DNA of 64,000 nucleotides from contig CAWDRG010000017.1 of the NCBI GenBank assembly GCA_963804645.1, positions 1 through 64,000 on the forward strand, read 5' to 3'. Of the stretch, positions 47,829 to 57,320 are shown piece after piece (the first letter of the stretch is position 1; every line of letters begins with the position of its first letter). A program made the position numbers and the translations under genes. This DNA comes from an uncultured Bacillota bacterium. Its GTDB lineage: Bacteria; Sysuimicrobiota; Sysuimicrobiia; Sysuimicrobiales; Segetimicrobiaceae. The notes under the pieces were generated by a model that worked only from the letters and a program-made list of their open reading frames with translations, was not told where the DNA came from and searched no databases.

Positions 47829-48836
47829 GTGAGCCTGCACAGCGGGACCCAAGTCGAGGCGGCGGCCGTCGAGCCGTCCCGCCAGCAGTTGGAGGAGATG
47901 TACCGCCGGATGTGCGCGGTGCGCGAGCTCGAGGAGGAGCTCGGGCGTCAGCACAAGCTCGGGACCACCCGCGGACCAATTCACCGCTGCGACGGGCAGG
48001 AGGCGGTCGGCGTCGCCGTGACCGCCGCGCTCGCGCCGACCGACATCGTCACGAGCACGCACCGGGGGCACGCCCACTACATCGGCAAGGGCGCCGATCT
48101 CCGCCGCCTCGCCGCGGAGATCTTCGGCCGGAAAACCGGATACTGTCTCGGCCGCGCCGGGCACATGCTTGTCGCCGACGCCTCGATCGGACTGCTGGGC
48201 GGGAACGGGATCGTGGGCGGCGCCATTCCGGTGGCGACGGGTCAGGCGTTTGCGTTCCAGGTGCAGCGCAGCGGCCGCGTCGTGGCGTGCTTCTTCGGCG
48301 AGGGCGCCGCGCAGATCGGTGCGTTTCACGAATGCCTCAACGTCGCCGGCCTGTGGCGGCTCCCGATCGTGTACGTCTGCGAGCACAATCACTACGGACT
48401 CACGGTCCATGTACGTCATCAGTCGAGCGTGGCGGACATTGCGCCGCGCGCGGCGGGCTACGGCATGCCGGGCGTGACGGTCGACGGGAACGACGCCGCG
48501 GCCCTGTATCGCGCGGCGCACGAGGCGGTCGCGCGCGCCCGCAGCGGCGGCGGGCCGACGCTGATTGAGGCCAAGACCTACCGGATGACCGGGTTCTCCA
48601 CGAGCGACCTCGGCGGCTATGAATTGCCGGACGAGCGCGCGGCGTGGGCACCGAAGGACCCGATCCAGCGGCTCCACCGTGCGCTCGCGGCCGCGGGCTC
48701 CGCCCCCGAGCGGCTCGACACACTGGCCCGGACCGCGCGCGAGCAGGTCCAGGACGCCATCGCCTTCGCGCTCGCGAGCCCGTTGCCGACCGCCGAGGAC
48801 CTGTGGGGCGACGTGTACGCGACGGAGGCGCCCTGA
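47829..48836 (+). CDS. ThDP-dependent dehydrogenase E1 alpha (PdhA/AcoA-like)
   Basis: GQEA, STHRGH, NGIVG, FFGEGA, VDGND, GPTLIEAKTYR. Confidence 0.9.
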   Translation: MSLHSGTQVEAAAVEPSRQQLEEMYRRMCAVRELEEELGRQHKLGTTRGPIHRCDGQEAVGVAVTAALAPTDIVTSTHRGHAHYIGKGADLRRLAAEIFGRKTGYCLGRAGHMLVADASIGLLGGNGIVGGAIPVATGQAFAFQVQRSGRVVACFFGEGAAQIGAFHECLNVAGLWRLPIVYVCEHNHYGLTVHVRHQSSVADIAPRAAGYGMPGVTVDGNDAAALYRAAHEAVARARSGGGPTLIEAKTYRMTGFSTSDLGGYELPDERAAWAPKDPIQRLHRALAAAGSAPERLDTLARTAREQVQDAIAFALASPLPTAEDLWGDVYATEAP

Positions 48837-48837
48837 G

Positions 48838-49827
48838 ATGCGGGAGCTGCGGTACGCGGAAGCCCTCCACGAGTCGCTCGTCTCGGAGATGCGCCGGGAC
48901 CCGCGCGTCATCGTCTTCGGCGAGGACGTCGGCATCTACGGCGGCGTCTTCAAGGTCACGAAGGACCTGCAGCAGGAGTTTGGCGCGGAGCGCGTCCGCG
49001 ACACGCCGATCGCCGAGGAAGCGATCGTGGGGCTCGCAATCGGATCCTCGATGATGGGCCTGCGCCCCGTCTGCGAGATCATGTACGTGGATTTCCTGCC
49101 GCTCGCCCTCGATCAACTGATCAACCAGGCCTCTCTGATGCATTACATCTGGGCGGGCCAGGTCCAGCTCCCCTTCGTGCTGCGCACGCAGGGCGGCGCG
49201 GGCGGCGCCGCCGGCGCGCAGCACTCCAAGAGCCTCGAGGCGATCGTCGCGCACATCCCGGGGCTGAAGGTCGTCATGCCGGCGACGCCCGCGGACGCGA
49301 AGGGCCTGCTCACCGCGTCGATCCGGGATCCCAATCCGGTCGTGTTCATCGAGCACAAGATGCTGTACAACACCCGCGGGCCCGTGCCGGAGGGCGAGCA
49401 CCTCGTCCCCCTCGGCGTCGCCGACATCAAACGGCCGGGCGGCGATGTCTCGATCGTCGCCACCTCGCGGATGGTGCTCGAAGCGCTGCGGGCCGCCGAG
49501 GAACTCGAGCGGGACGGCGTCTCCGCCGAGGTCGTTGATGTCCGCACCCTGCGGCCGCTCGACGTGGCCACGATCGTCGCGTCGGTCAAGCGGACACACC
49601 GCGCGGTGGTCGTCAACGAGGGATGGCGCACGGGAGGCTTTGGGGCCGAACTCGCGGCGGTGATCGCGGAAGAAGCGTTCAGCTACCTCGACGCGCCGGT
49701 CCAGCGGCTGGGCGCGGCGGACCTGCCCGTCCCCTACAGCCCAGGGCTGGAGCCGGCGTCCGTGCCGGACGCGGCCGCGATCGCGCGGGCGGCGCGCTCG
49801 GCGCTGCGCGCGGCGGACTTGGTGTGA
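48838..49827 (+). CDS. dehydrogenase E1 beta subunit
   Basis: GEDVG.YGG, DTPIAE, EIMYVDF, AQHS, PGLKVV, DVRTLRPLD. Confidence 0.92.
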   Translation: MRELRYAEALHESLVSEMRRDPRVIVFGEDVGIYGGVFKVTKDLQQEFGAERVRDTPIAEEAIVGLAIGSSMMGLRPVCEIMYVDFLPLALDQLINQASLMHYIWAGQVQLPFVLRTQGGAGGAAGAQHSKSLEAIVAHIPGLKVVMPATPADAKGLLTASIRDPNPVVFIEHKMLYNTRGPVPEGEHLVPLGVADIKRPGGDVSIVATSRMVLEALRAAEELERDGVSAEVVDVRTLRPLDVATIVASVKRTHRAVVVNEGWRTGGFGAELAAVIAEEAFSYLDAPVQRLGAADLPVPYSPGLEPASVPDAAAIARAARSALRAADLV

Positions 49828-49837
49828 GCGGCGTCCG

Positions 49838-51007
49838 ATGCCGGTAGAGGTGCGGCTCACCGCCGTGGCGGGCGAGTACATGGCCACCGCCGTGGTGCAG
49901 GAGTGGCTCGTCCAGGAAGGCCAGCCGGTCGCCGAGGGCGCGCCGCTGGTGGTCGTCGAGACGGCGAAGGCGAACGTCGAGATCCCGGCCCCGGCGACCG
50001 GCGTGCTGCAGCAGATCGTCGTGGCGCGGGGGGATGAGGCGCCGGTCGGCGCCCTGCTGGCCGTGATCGCGTCTGCGGGTGAACGGGCAGCGCCTCCCGC
50101 GACGGTGACGGCCCGCGAGGCCACGCGGACCGAGCCGAGCCCGAAGACCGACACGACGCCGGCGCCCGAGCCGCAGGCCCCCGGCGGCTTCGTGCGCGCC
50201 ACGCCCCGGGCGCGGGCGCTGGCCCGGGAACTCGGGGTGCCGCTCGCGCGGGTGACGGCCGCAGGGGGCGGCGTCGTCTCCGAGGAGGACGTGCGCCGCG
50301 CGGCTTCCGCCGCGCGGCCCGCACCCCGCGTCGAGCAGCTCGAGGGGTACCGCCGCGCGGCCGCGGAGCACATGGCGCGCGCGCTCGAGGTCCCGCAGTT
50401 CTCGGTGTCGATGACCTTCGACGCGACACGGCTCGACGAGACGCGCGCGGCGCTCAAACGGGCGGACCCCGAGGACGGCGCGGTCATCCCGAGCGTGACC
50501 GAGTTCGTCGTGAAAGCGGCGGCCCTGGCACTCAGGCGGCATCCCCGCGTCAACGCCCGGTGGGAAGATGGACGCGTCCGCGCCCTGGACGACGTCAACG
50601 TGGGTGTCGCGGTGGCGACGGACCGGGGACTCGTCGTCCCGGTGCTCCGGGCCGCGGACACCCGCGCGCTGTCGGACCTCGCGGCGGGCCTGGCCGGGCT
50701 GCGCACGCGCGCGGAGGCGTTTCGCCTCGCCCCGGAGGACGTTCAGGGGGGCACCTTCACCGTGTCGAACCTCGGCATGTTCGGGGTCGAGCACTTCACC
50801 GCGCTCGTCAATCCGCCGCAGGCCGCGATCCTGGCCGTCTCCGCGGTCACCGCGCGGGTGGTGTGGGTGAGCGGAGAGGCCCGTCCCCAGCGGCGGGGCG
50901 ATCTGACCCTCACGGCGGACCACCGTGTGATCGACGGCATGGACGCGGCGCGCTTCCTTGGCGACATCAAGGCGCTGCTGGAGCAACCCGACGGCCTCCT
51001 GGCGTGA
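49838..51007 (+). CDS. dihydrolipoamide acyltransferase E2
   Basis: ETAKA lipoyl site, GGTFTVSNLG, DHRVIDG. Confidence 0.9.
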   Translation: MPVEVRLTAVAGEYMATAVVQEWLVQEGQPVAEGAPLVVVETAKANVEIPAPATGVLQQIVVARGDEAPVGALLAVIASAGERAAPPATVTAREATRTEPSPKTDTTPAPEPQAPGGFVRATPRARALARELGVPLARVTAAGGGVVSEEDVRRAASAARPAPRVEQLEGYRRAAAEHMARALEVPQFSVSMTFDATRLDETRAALKRADPEDGAVIPSVTEFVVKAAALALRRHPRVNARWEDGRVRALDDVNVGVAVATDRGLVVPVLRAADTRALSDLAAGLAGLRTRAEAFRLAPEDVQGGTFTVSNLGMFGVEHFTALVNPPQAAILAVSAVTARVVWVSGEARPQRRGDLTLTADHRVIDGMDAARFLGDIKALLEQPDGLLA

Positions 51008-51073
51008 CGCGGGACGCGCCGGGCGGAGCACGGAGACAGACCGCGGAGGCGGACGATCGATGGGGGTGGGACG

Positions 51074-52237
51074 ATGAAGTTCTTGGAGTTCTCGGTCGAA
51101 GAATATCAGGCGCGGTACGCCGCGGTGCAGCGGTTGATGCGGGAAGCCGACGTGACGGCGCTCGTGCTGAGCGACGCCTCAAACCTCATCTACCTGACCG
51201 GCTACCGGACGATCCTGTTCGCGAGTAAGTTCCGGCCGTTCTACGCGGTCATTCCGGCCCAAGGCGATCCGGTGCTGGTCCTGCCAAACCTGGAGGTCGG
51301 CGATGGGCGGAAGACGTCCTGGATCCAGGATATCCGAGGCTGGGGCAAGGGGCTGTACGCCGACCGTCCGGACGTGTTCACGATCGTCCGCGAGGTCGCG
51401 GACGAGAAGCACCTCCGCACGGGCCGCATCGGGCTGGAGCTCGGGATCGGCCAGCGGCTGGCGATGACGTTCGATCAGTACGAGCAGCTGCGCGAGATCT
51501 TCTCCGGCGCGACGTTCGTCAACGCCGCCGAGATCATGTGGAAGGTCCGCGTCAAGAAGTCGCCGCAGGAGATCGCGTACCTCCGGACCGCGTGCAAGGC
51601 GACCGACGCCGCGTTCGACGCCGCCGTCGCGGCGGCGCGCGAAGGGGTCAGCGAGACCACCCTGCAGCGGGTCCTCGGCGTCACGATGATGGAGCACGGG
51701 GCGGACGCGCCGGGATTCCTGGTCGTCGCGTCGGGGCCCGACCGGTACGACATGCTGAACCCCTACGCATCCTCGCGCACGCTGCAGCGCGGCGACATGC
51801 TGAACTTCGACATCGGGGCGGTCTACAAGAGCTACTGGGCCGATCTCACCCGCGGCATCTTCATCGGCGAGGTGTCGAAGCGGCAGCGGGAATTCTACGA
51901 GGCCGAGGCGGAGATCTTCCGCCGCACGCTGCACGCGGTCAAGCCGGGCATCGCCATTCAGGACGTGGACAAGGTCGCCGAGGCGACGACCCGCGAACTC
52001 GGCTACGAGAAGTACATGCTGCACCGGACCGGGCACGCCCTCGGCCTCGACGTACACGAGATTCCGTCGGTGGCGGTCGGCGACACGACGGTGATGGAAC
52101 CCGGCATGGTGTTTACGATCGAACCCGGGATCTACGACTTCGCGATCGGGGCGTTCCGGATCGAGGACACCGTGCTCGTCACCGACACCGGCTTCGAAAC
52201 GCTCACCAACTGTACGCGTGACCTGATCGTCCGGTGA
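51074..52237 (+). CDS. M24 Xaa-Pro peptidase family (paralog of 37594-38754)
   Basis: FDIG…ADLTR, HRTGH.LG..VHE, EPGIYDF.IGAFRIED. Confidence 0.9.
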   Translation: MKFLEFSVEEYQARYAAVQRLMREADVTALVLSDASNLIYLTGYRTILFASKFRPFYAVIPAQGDPVLVLPNLEVGDGRKTSWIQDIRGWGKGLYADRPDVFTIVREVADEKHLRTGRIGLELGIGQRLAMTFDQYEQLREIFSGATFVNAAEIMWKVRVKKSPQEIAYLRTACKATDAAFDAAVAAAREGVSETTLQRVLGVTMMEHGADAPGFLVVASGPDRYDMLNPYASSRTLQRGDMLNFDIGAVYKSYWADLTRGIFIGEVSKRQREFYEAEAEIFRRTLHAVKPGIAIQDVDKVAEATTRELGYEKYMLHRTGHALGLDVHEIPSVAVGDTTVMEPGMVFTIEPGIYDFAIGAFRIEDTVLVTDTGFETLTNCTRDLIVR

Positions 52238-52359
52238 CGCGGCCGCGCCCGGCGGAGGCCGCGGGGACGCCGGCCTGAGGCCGACTCGCGGCGGCGCCGG
52301 CGCGGTGCACGGGTCCGTGAGGCCGGCCGGACACGATGCCAGCACGTGAGGAGGACACG

Positions 52360-53361
52360 ATGCCAGCATTCGCCTACTTCTGCGGCACCGAGCAGTTCCA
52401 GCCCGAGGTCCTGCTCGAGCACGCGGTGCGCGCCGAGGACGTCGGGTTTGACGCCCTCACGGTCTCCGACCATTTCCACCCGTGGGTCGATGACGCGTCC
52501 GCGGCGGGCGCCGCGTGGACCTGGCTCGGCGCGGCGGCCGTCCGCACCCGGCGCGTGCGCCTCGCCACCGCCGTGACCTGCCCCCTCTTCCGCTACCATC
52601 CGGGATTGGTCGCCCAGGCGGCGGCCACGGTCGACCGGCTGTCCGGCGGCCGGTTCGCGCTCGGCATCGGGAGCGGCGAGGGCATCAACGAACGCCCCCT
52701 CGGCTGGGACTTCCCAGGGTACAAGGAACGGTCCGCCCGCATGGCGGAAGCGATCGCGATCATGCGCGGCCTCCTCGACGGGAAGAAGCTCGATTTCACC
52801 GGGGAGCACTATCGGACGCGCGCCGCCAAGCTCTACAGCCCTCCGCGCGGCTACGTCCCGATCTGGATGTCGGCCGGCGGCAAGCAGTCCGCCGCGATGG
52901 CCGGCCGGCTCGCGGACGGGCTCATCGTCAGCGTCAAGGACCCGGTCGACGCGCACCAGCAGGTCATCGATCCCTTCCGGCAGGCCGCGCGCGAGGCGGG
53001 CCGGCCGACGCCGACGGTCGTCGCCCAGCGGTGGTCGATCCTCGCCCGCACCGAGGAGGAAGCCTGGCAGGCGCTCGCCGCGTGGCGGGGCCTCCGCGTC
53101 GAGGGCCGGCTCGACGAGGTGGACCCGGCCGTCCTCCGGCAGCGGGCCGACTCGATGGACCGCCGCGAGATCATCGCCAAGTACGCGTGGGCCCGCACGC
53201 CCGCGGAACTGGTGGAGGTGTACCGACCGTTGGTCGAGGTCGGGGCGGACATCGTCACGGTCCAGGTCACGTCGGTCGACCAGGAGGCCACCCTCGACAT
53301 CCTCGGGACGGACGTGCTCCCCGCGCTGCGCCAGATCGTGCCTCCGGCCCCGCGCGCTTAG
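52360..53361 (+). CDS. F420-dependent LLM oxidoreductase, G6PDH-like family
   Basis: EQF.P, SDHFHPW, TAVTCP..RYHP, G.GE..NE. RBS GAGGAGG. Confidence 0.85.
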   Translation: MPAFAYFCGTEQFQPEVLLEHAVRAEDVGFDALTVSDHFHPWVDDASAAGAAWTWLGAAAVRTRRVRLATAVTCPLFRYHPGLVAQAAATVDRLSGGRFALGIGSGEGINERPLGWDFPGYKERSARMAEAIAIMRGLLDGKKLDFTGEHYRTRAAKLYSPPRGYVPIWMSAGGKQSAAMAGRLADGLIVSVKDPVDAHQQVIDPFRQAAREAGRPTPTVVAQRWSILARTEEEAWQALAAWRGLRVEGRLDEVDPAVLRQRADSMDRREIIAKYAWARTPAELVEVYRPLVEVGADIVTVQVTSVDQEATLDILGTDVLPALRQIVPPAPRA

Positions 53362-54293
53362 GAGCGAAACACCGCCAGGGGCAGCAGCGCGCTGACGACG
53401 TACTGTCCCGCGTCGACGATCTCCGAGATCCGCAGGTCGACGCACAAGCTCGCGAGCACGTAGGCGTCCTGTGCCGACAGCCCGTACTGCCCGGAGAGAT
53501 GCGCGATCATCGCCCGCACGGCGTCCTGGGCCGCCCGGTACACGTCCGGCCCCACTCCCGTCGTGCCGTACCATCCGCCGTCGTTGACCCGGGGGGCCAG
53601 CGGACCCGGGACCGAGAACTGCGGCGCAGGAAGGCGGCGGCCGGGCTCGAGCGTCAGCCGCAGCGACGCGTACATCGGCGCCTCGACCGCGGTGACGCAG
53701 ATCTCGCCGTCGCCCTGCGCGGCGTGCGCGTCGCCCACGCTGAACAGCGCCCCGTCGACGTGCACCGGCAGATACAGCGTCGAGCCGCGCGTGAGCTGAC
53801 GGGTGTCCATGTTGCCCCCAAACGTCCCGGGCGGCATGATCGGCTGCTTCGCCGCGCCGGCCGGGCAGACGCCCATCGTGCCGAAGAACGGCTCGATCGG
53901 AACCGCGATGTCGTCGCGCAGGTACGCGGCGTCCCCGTTGGTCAGATCGAAGATCCGGAGGTACGGCTCCTTGAACTCCTCCGGCAGCAGCCCGAGTCCG
54001 GGCAGGATGGCGGCCCACCCCCACCCCTCGGAGTGCATCTCGAGGATCTCCACGGCCAGGGTGTCGCCCTCCCGCGCCCCCCGCACCCGCACCGGCCCGG
54101 CGAGCGGGTACACGCGGTCCCAGTTCATCGACGCCAGCGCGTCGGAGGTCGACGCGGGGCTGAGCTGATTGTCGCTCACGTCGCGGGTCCGCACCACGAT
54201 CACGTCGCCGCTGTCGATCGTCACCGCCGGTGGGTGGCCGACATCCCAGGTAAAGTGCACCGCGTCCGCCGGCACGTAATGCGTCGCCGCCAT
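53358..54293 (-). CDS. acetamidase/formamidase family
   Basis: GPV.V.GA..GD.L, PFFGTMG, GGNMD, GDAHAAQGDGE, AY.L.S. Confidence 0.9.
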   Translation of the reverse strand: MAATHYVPADAVHFTWDVGHPPAVTIDSGDVIVVRTRDVSDNQLSPASTSDALASMNWDRVYPLAGPVRVRGAREGDTLAVEILEMHSEGWGWAAILPGLGLLPEEFKEPYLRIFDLTNGDAAYLRDDIAVPIEPFFGTMGVCPAGAAKQPIMPPGTFGGNMDTRQLTRGSTLYLPVHVDGALFSVGDAHAAQGDGEICVTAVEAPMYASLRLTLEPGRRLPAPQFSVPGPLAPRVNDGGWYGTTGVGPDVYRAAQDAVRAMIAHLSGQYGLSAQDAYVLASLCVDLRISEIVDAGQYVVSALLPLAVFRS

Positions 54294-54377
54294 CGCCGTC
54301 CTCCGTCTCCGTCGCCGTCCGTCGGAACCCTTCCCCGGCGGACCCGACTGTCCTGCGGGGCGCACGCCTGCGGCGCG

Positions 54378-55592
54378 CTAGGCTCCGTCGCCCTTGCCGA
54401 GTTCGTTATCGAACAACCGGTCCATGAGGTGCTGGCCGGTGATCGGCTCGTCCGTCAGCGCCATCGCCAGCAGCTCTCCGCCCATGACGTCCGGCGCCAT
54501 CATGACGTCCGGACGGACCAGCTTGACACGCGCGAGGTGCTTGCCGTCGTTGACCACGACGAAGGTCTTCGCGGACCCCTTGAGCTCCTTGACGGCCAGC
54601 ACGATGAAAGCGTTCTCGGAGTCGTCGGCGCGCGCGACGACCACCGCCCGCGCGCGGTCCGCGTTGGCCGTGCGCAGGACCTCGACGTTGTTCGCGTCGC
54701 CGATCACGACGTCGTCCTTGTCGAACTCGCCGGTCTGGCCCTGCCCCAGAATAACCGTCACCGTCTGGCGGCGCCGCTTCAGCTCTCGGTAGGCGTTCTG
54801 CGCGACGGGGGTCGCGCCAACGATCAGAAAATGGTTGCTGCGGCTCATGTATCCCTCCCGTTGACCGCTGACGCGCGCGAAACTGGAACGGACGAGCGGG
54901 CCGACCACCGCGCTGATCGACGTCGCGAGCAGTCCGACACCGAGAAAAATGACCTGGATCGCGAACAGCCGGGCCGCGTCGGTCGTCGGGACAATGTCCC
55001 CGTAGCCGACGGTCGTCATCGTCACGACCGTGTAGTAGAACGCGGTAAAGAGGCTCTTGATCGGCGGGGTAAACTGATCCCCGAGATAGAAGCTGCCGAA
55101 GGTCGCGTAGGTCAGCGCCGGCACGACCGCGATCATCACCACCAGCGCTGCGCCGCCCACGACGGATCGATCGAAGGACCGGTAGGCAAGCAACAGCGCC
55201 ACCACCAGCAGGCTGTCGAACGACTCCAGATACCGCCCGTACGGATGTCCGAACCGGACCACGAACAGCACGACGGAGAGCGTCAGCACCAGCGCGAACG
55301 CCCACGCCACGCGGGAGCGCAGCGCGAGCCCCACGGACACCGTCATCATCGCGGCGCCGATCAGCAGGTAGGGAAGGTCGGACGACCGGATCAGATTGGT
55401 GGCCCACACGCCGGTGGCCAGCGCGCCCCACGTCGATCCGAACGTGACCCAGAGGAGATGGCCGCCCGAGAACGCGAGCGCGGCGGCGAGCGGAATCTGC
55501 GGAAACCAGGCGGGGTTGCGAATCTGTCGCAGCGCGTCCCCAAGCGCCACGACCCACCCGCCGCGCGCCTGGCGCGTCTTCGCGTCCCGCAT
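54378..55592 (-). CDS. Kch-like potassium channel with RCK domain
   Basis: Several TM helices, TMTTVGYGD filter, and a C-terminal TrkA-N/RCK domain. Confidence 0.88.
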   Translation of the reverse strand: MRDAKTRQARGGWVVALGDALRQIRNPAWFPQIPLAAALAFSGGHLLWVTFGSTWGALATGVWATNLIRSSDLPYLLIGAAMMTVSVGLALRSRVAWAFALVLTLSVVLFVVRFGHPYGRYLESFDSLLVVALLLAYRSFDRSVVGGAALVVMIAVVPALTYATFGSFYLGDQFTPPIKSLFTAFYYTVVTMTTVGYGDIVPTTDAARLFAIQVIFLGVGLLATSISAVVGPLVRSSFARVSGQREGYMSRSNHFLIVGATPVAQNAYRELKRRRQTVTVILGQGQTGEFDKDDVVIGDANNVEVLRTANADRARAVVVARADDSENAFIVLAVKELKGSAKTFVVVNDGKHLARVKLVRPDVMMAPDVMGGELLAMALTDEPITGQHLMDRLFDNELGKGDGA

Positions 55593-55694
55593 CACGACAG
55601 GGGGCCGGATGCGACGGGCGCCTCGGGCCCGCCGACGCCTCCCGCGTCCCGCCGCCGCCCGCGGCACCGGCGGGACGCGCCCGTGAGGCGCGGG

Positions 55695-56543
55695 TCACCG
55701 CAGCAGATCTGGCGGCACCCCCTGCCCGTAGGGGCTCGTGACGTCCAAGGTCGCGAGATACCCGTACACCGTCCGCGACACGTCGGCGATAAATCGCTCC
55801 GCCACCGACCGGTCCGGCGGGCCGTACTTCGTCATGACGCAGATCGCGTACGGCCGGCGCTTCAAATAGACGATCGCCGCGTCGGTCTTGATCCGATCCA
55901 TGCCGCCCGGCTTGTTGGCGATCAGCACATCCTGCGGCAGGCCCTCCGCGATCCATCCGCGCTTCGGCTTCTTCAGAATGTTCAAGGTCTCGTCGCACAC
56001 GAAGCGGCTCAAGCCCTCGCCCCGATGCAGCGCCATCAGCATCTGCACGCCCTCCGCGGGTGAGGCGACGTTCTCGTCCCCGCGCAGCACCGACGCGTGA
56101 TCCTGCATCTTGCGGCGTAGCGTCGTCTTGGTCAGGCCGAGCTTCCGCAGCATGGCGTTGGTCCCGTCGATCGTCGCCCAATCGATGCACAGGTTTGTCG
56201 CCGTGTTGTCGGACACGATGATCATGAGGATGGCCACGTCGCGCATCGTCAGGTCCTCGGGATCGTCGAAGTACGTGAGCACCCCGCTCCCGGGCACGCG
56301 CACGGCCTGGTCGATGCGGATGCGCTGCGTAAGATCCAGCTCGCCAGCCTCGACGCGCTGCATCATGCGGGCGAGAATGTGGATCTTGATCATCGACGCG
56401 GTGGGGAACAGTTCGTCGGCGTGGATCGCGATCTGACGGTCGGTGGTCAGATCGCGCACGCAGAGGCCGGCCACCGCGGGAAAGCCGGCCACCTGCCGGT
56501 CGAGCTCGGCGGACAGCCGCCGCCACAACAACTCCTCGGACAT
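55695..56543 (-). CDS. class A beta-lactamase-like serine hydrolase
   Basis: SMIK (SxxK), SDN, KPG. No signal peptide. Confidence 0.85.
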   Translation of the reverse strand: MSEELLWRRLSAELDRQVAGFPAVAGLCVRDLTTDRQIAIHADELFPTASMIKIHILARMMQRVEAGELDLTQRIRIDQAVRVPGSGVLTYFDDPEDLTMRDVAILMIIVSDNTATNLCIDWATIDGTNAMLRKLGLTKTTLRRKMQDHASVLRGDENVASPAEGVQMLMALHRGEGLSRFVCDETLNILKKPKRGWIAEGLPQDVLIANKPGGMDRIKTDAAIVYLKRRPYAICVMTKYGPPDRSVAERFIADVSRTVYGYLATLDVTSPYGQGVPPDLLR

Positions 56544-56654
56544 GGTCCTCCCCCCTTCTGCAGCAGGCACGCCGCTGATCGTTCTCGGCCGCGCCGCTCA
56601 TGTCCTCGGTGCGCGCGCTGATCGTCGAGGGTCGGGGCGGCCCGTGCGTCGGGG

Positions 56655-57308
56655 CTAAGGGGCGGCCGTGCCGAAATCGCCGAGGTGATCGGTCGCCGCG
56701 AGCAGCTGCTGGCTCGCGGTAAACACCGTGGTCGGGAGCACGGTCCACTGCGCATCGCGCCGCAGCATCCGGCGGGCGTGGACCGGATAGCGCAGCACCA
56801 CGGTCACCGGCCGGAGCAGGGGGGCCGCGGTGTTGGAGTCGACGTACCGCGCATCGATGCGGTACGCATTCCCGTCGAACCGGCTGCCTGGCGGCGCGGC
56901 CGGGAGCGAGGCGGGGTCCATGGGCACGACCGTCACGCGGACGGGCGATCCGTCCGCCCGAGGGGCGATCGCCCCGGCCGGGAACGTCGCGATGGCCTGG
57001 CCGTCGTCGGTGGTGACCTCCACGGCGGGCGATCCCTGCGGCCCGAACCCCAGCACGGCCTCGGCAGAATCCGGGGGCTGGTTGTCGTGGGCGAGGGCCG
57101 CCGGAGGATGCTCCCAGTGATAGGGCGGCAGCGGGACCAGCCCATCGTAGAGCAGGCGCACCGGGGCCGGCCACGACAGCAGCACGGCCGCGACGTACAC
57201 GGCCGCCGCGGCTGCGCCCCAGGCCACCGCCCGCGGCAGACTCGGCGAGACCCGCGCGGCCTCGTCCGTGGCAGGTGCCGCCCCCGCCCCGCGCGCGCGG
57301 CCCCTCAT
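56655..57308 (-). CDS. hypothetical exported/membrane protein
   Basis: N-terminal hydrophobic helix. Co-directional with its neighbours. Confidence 0.55.
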   Translation of the reverse strand: MRGRARGAGAAPATDEAARVSPSLPRAVAWGAAAAAVYVAAVLLSWPAPVRLLYDGLVPLPPYHWEHPPAALAHDNQPPDSAEAVLGFGPQGSPAVEVTTDDGQAIATFPAGAIAPRADGSPVRVTVVPMDPASLPAAPPGSRFDGNAYRIDARYVDSNTAAPLLRPVTVVLRYPVHARRMLRRDAQWTVLPTTVFTASQQLLAATDHLGDFGTAAP

Positions 57309-57320
57309 CCCCGCCGCGGG

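Noticed and set aside
55695..56543. Antibiotic-resistance beta-lactamase
   Set aside because: No signal peptide and KPG instead of KTG. Only a generic serine hydrolase call is supported.
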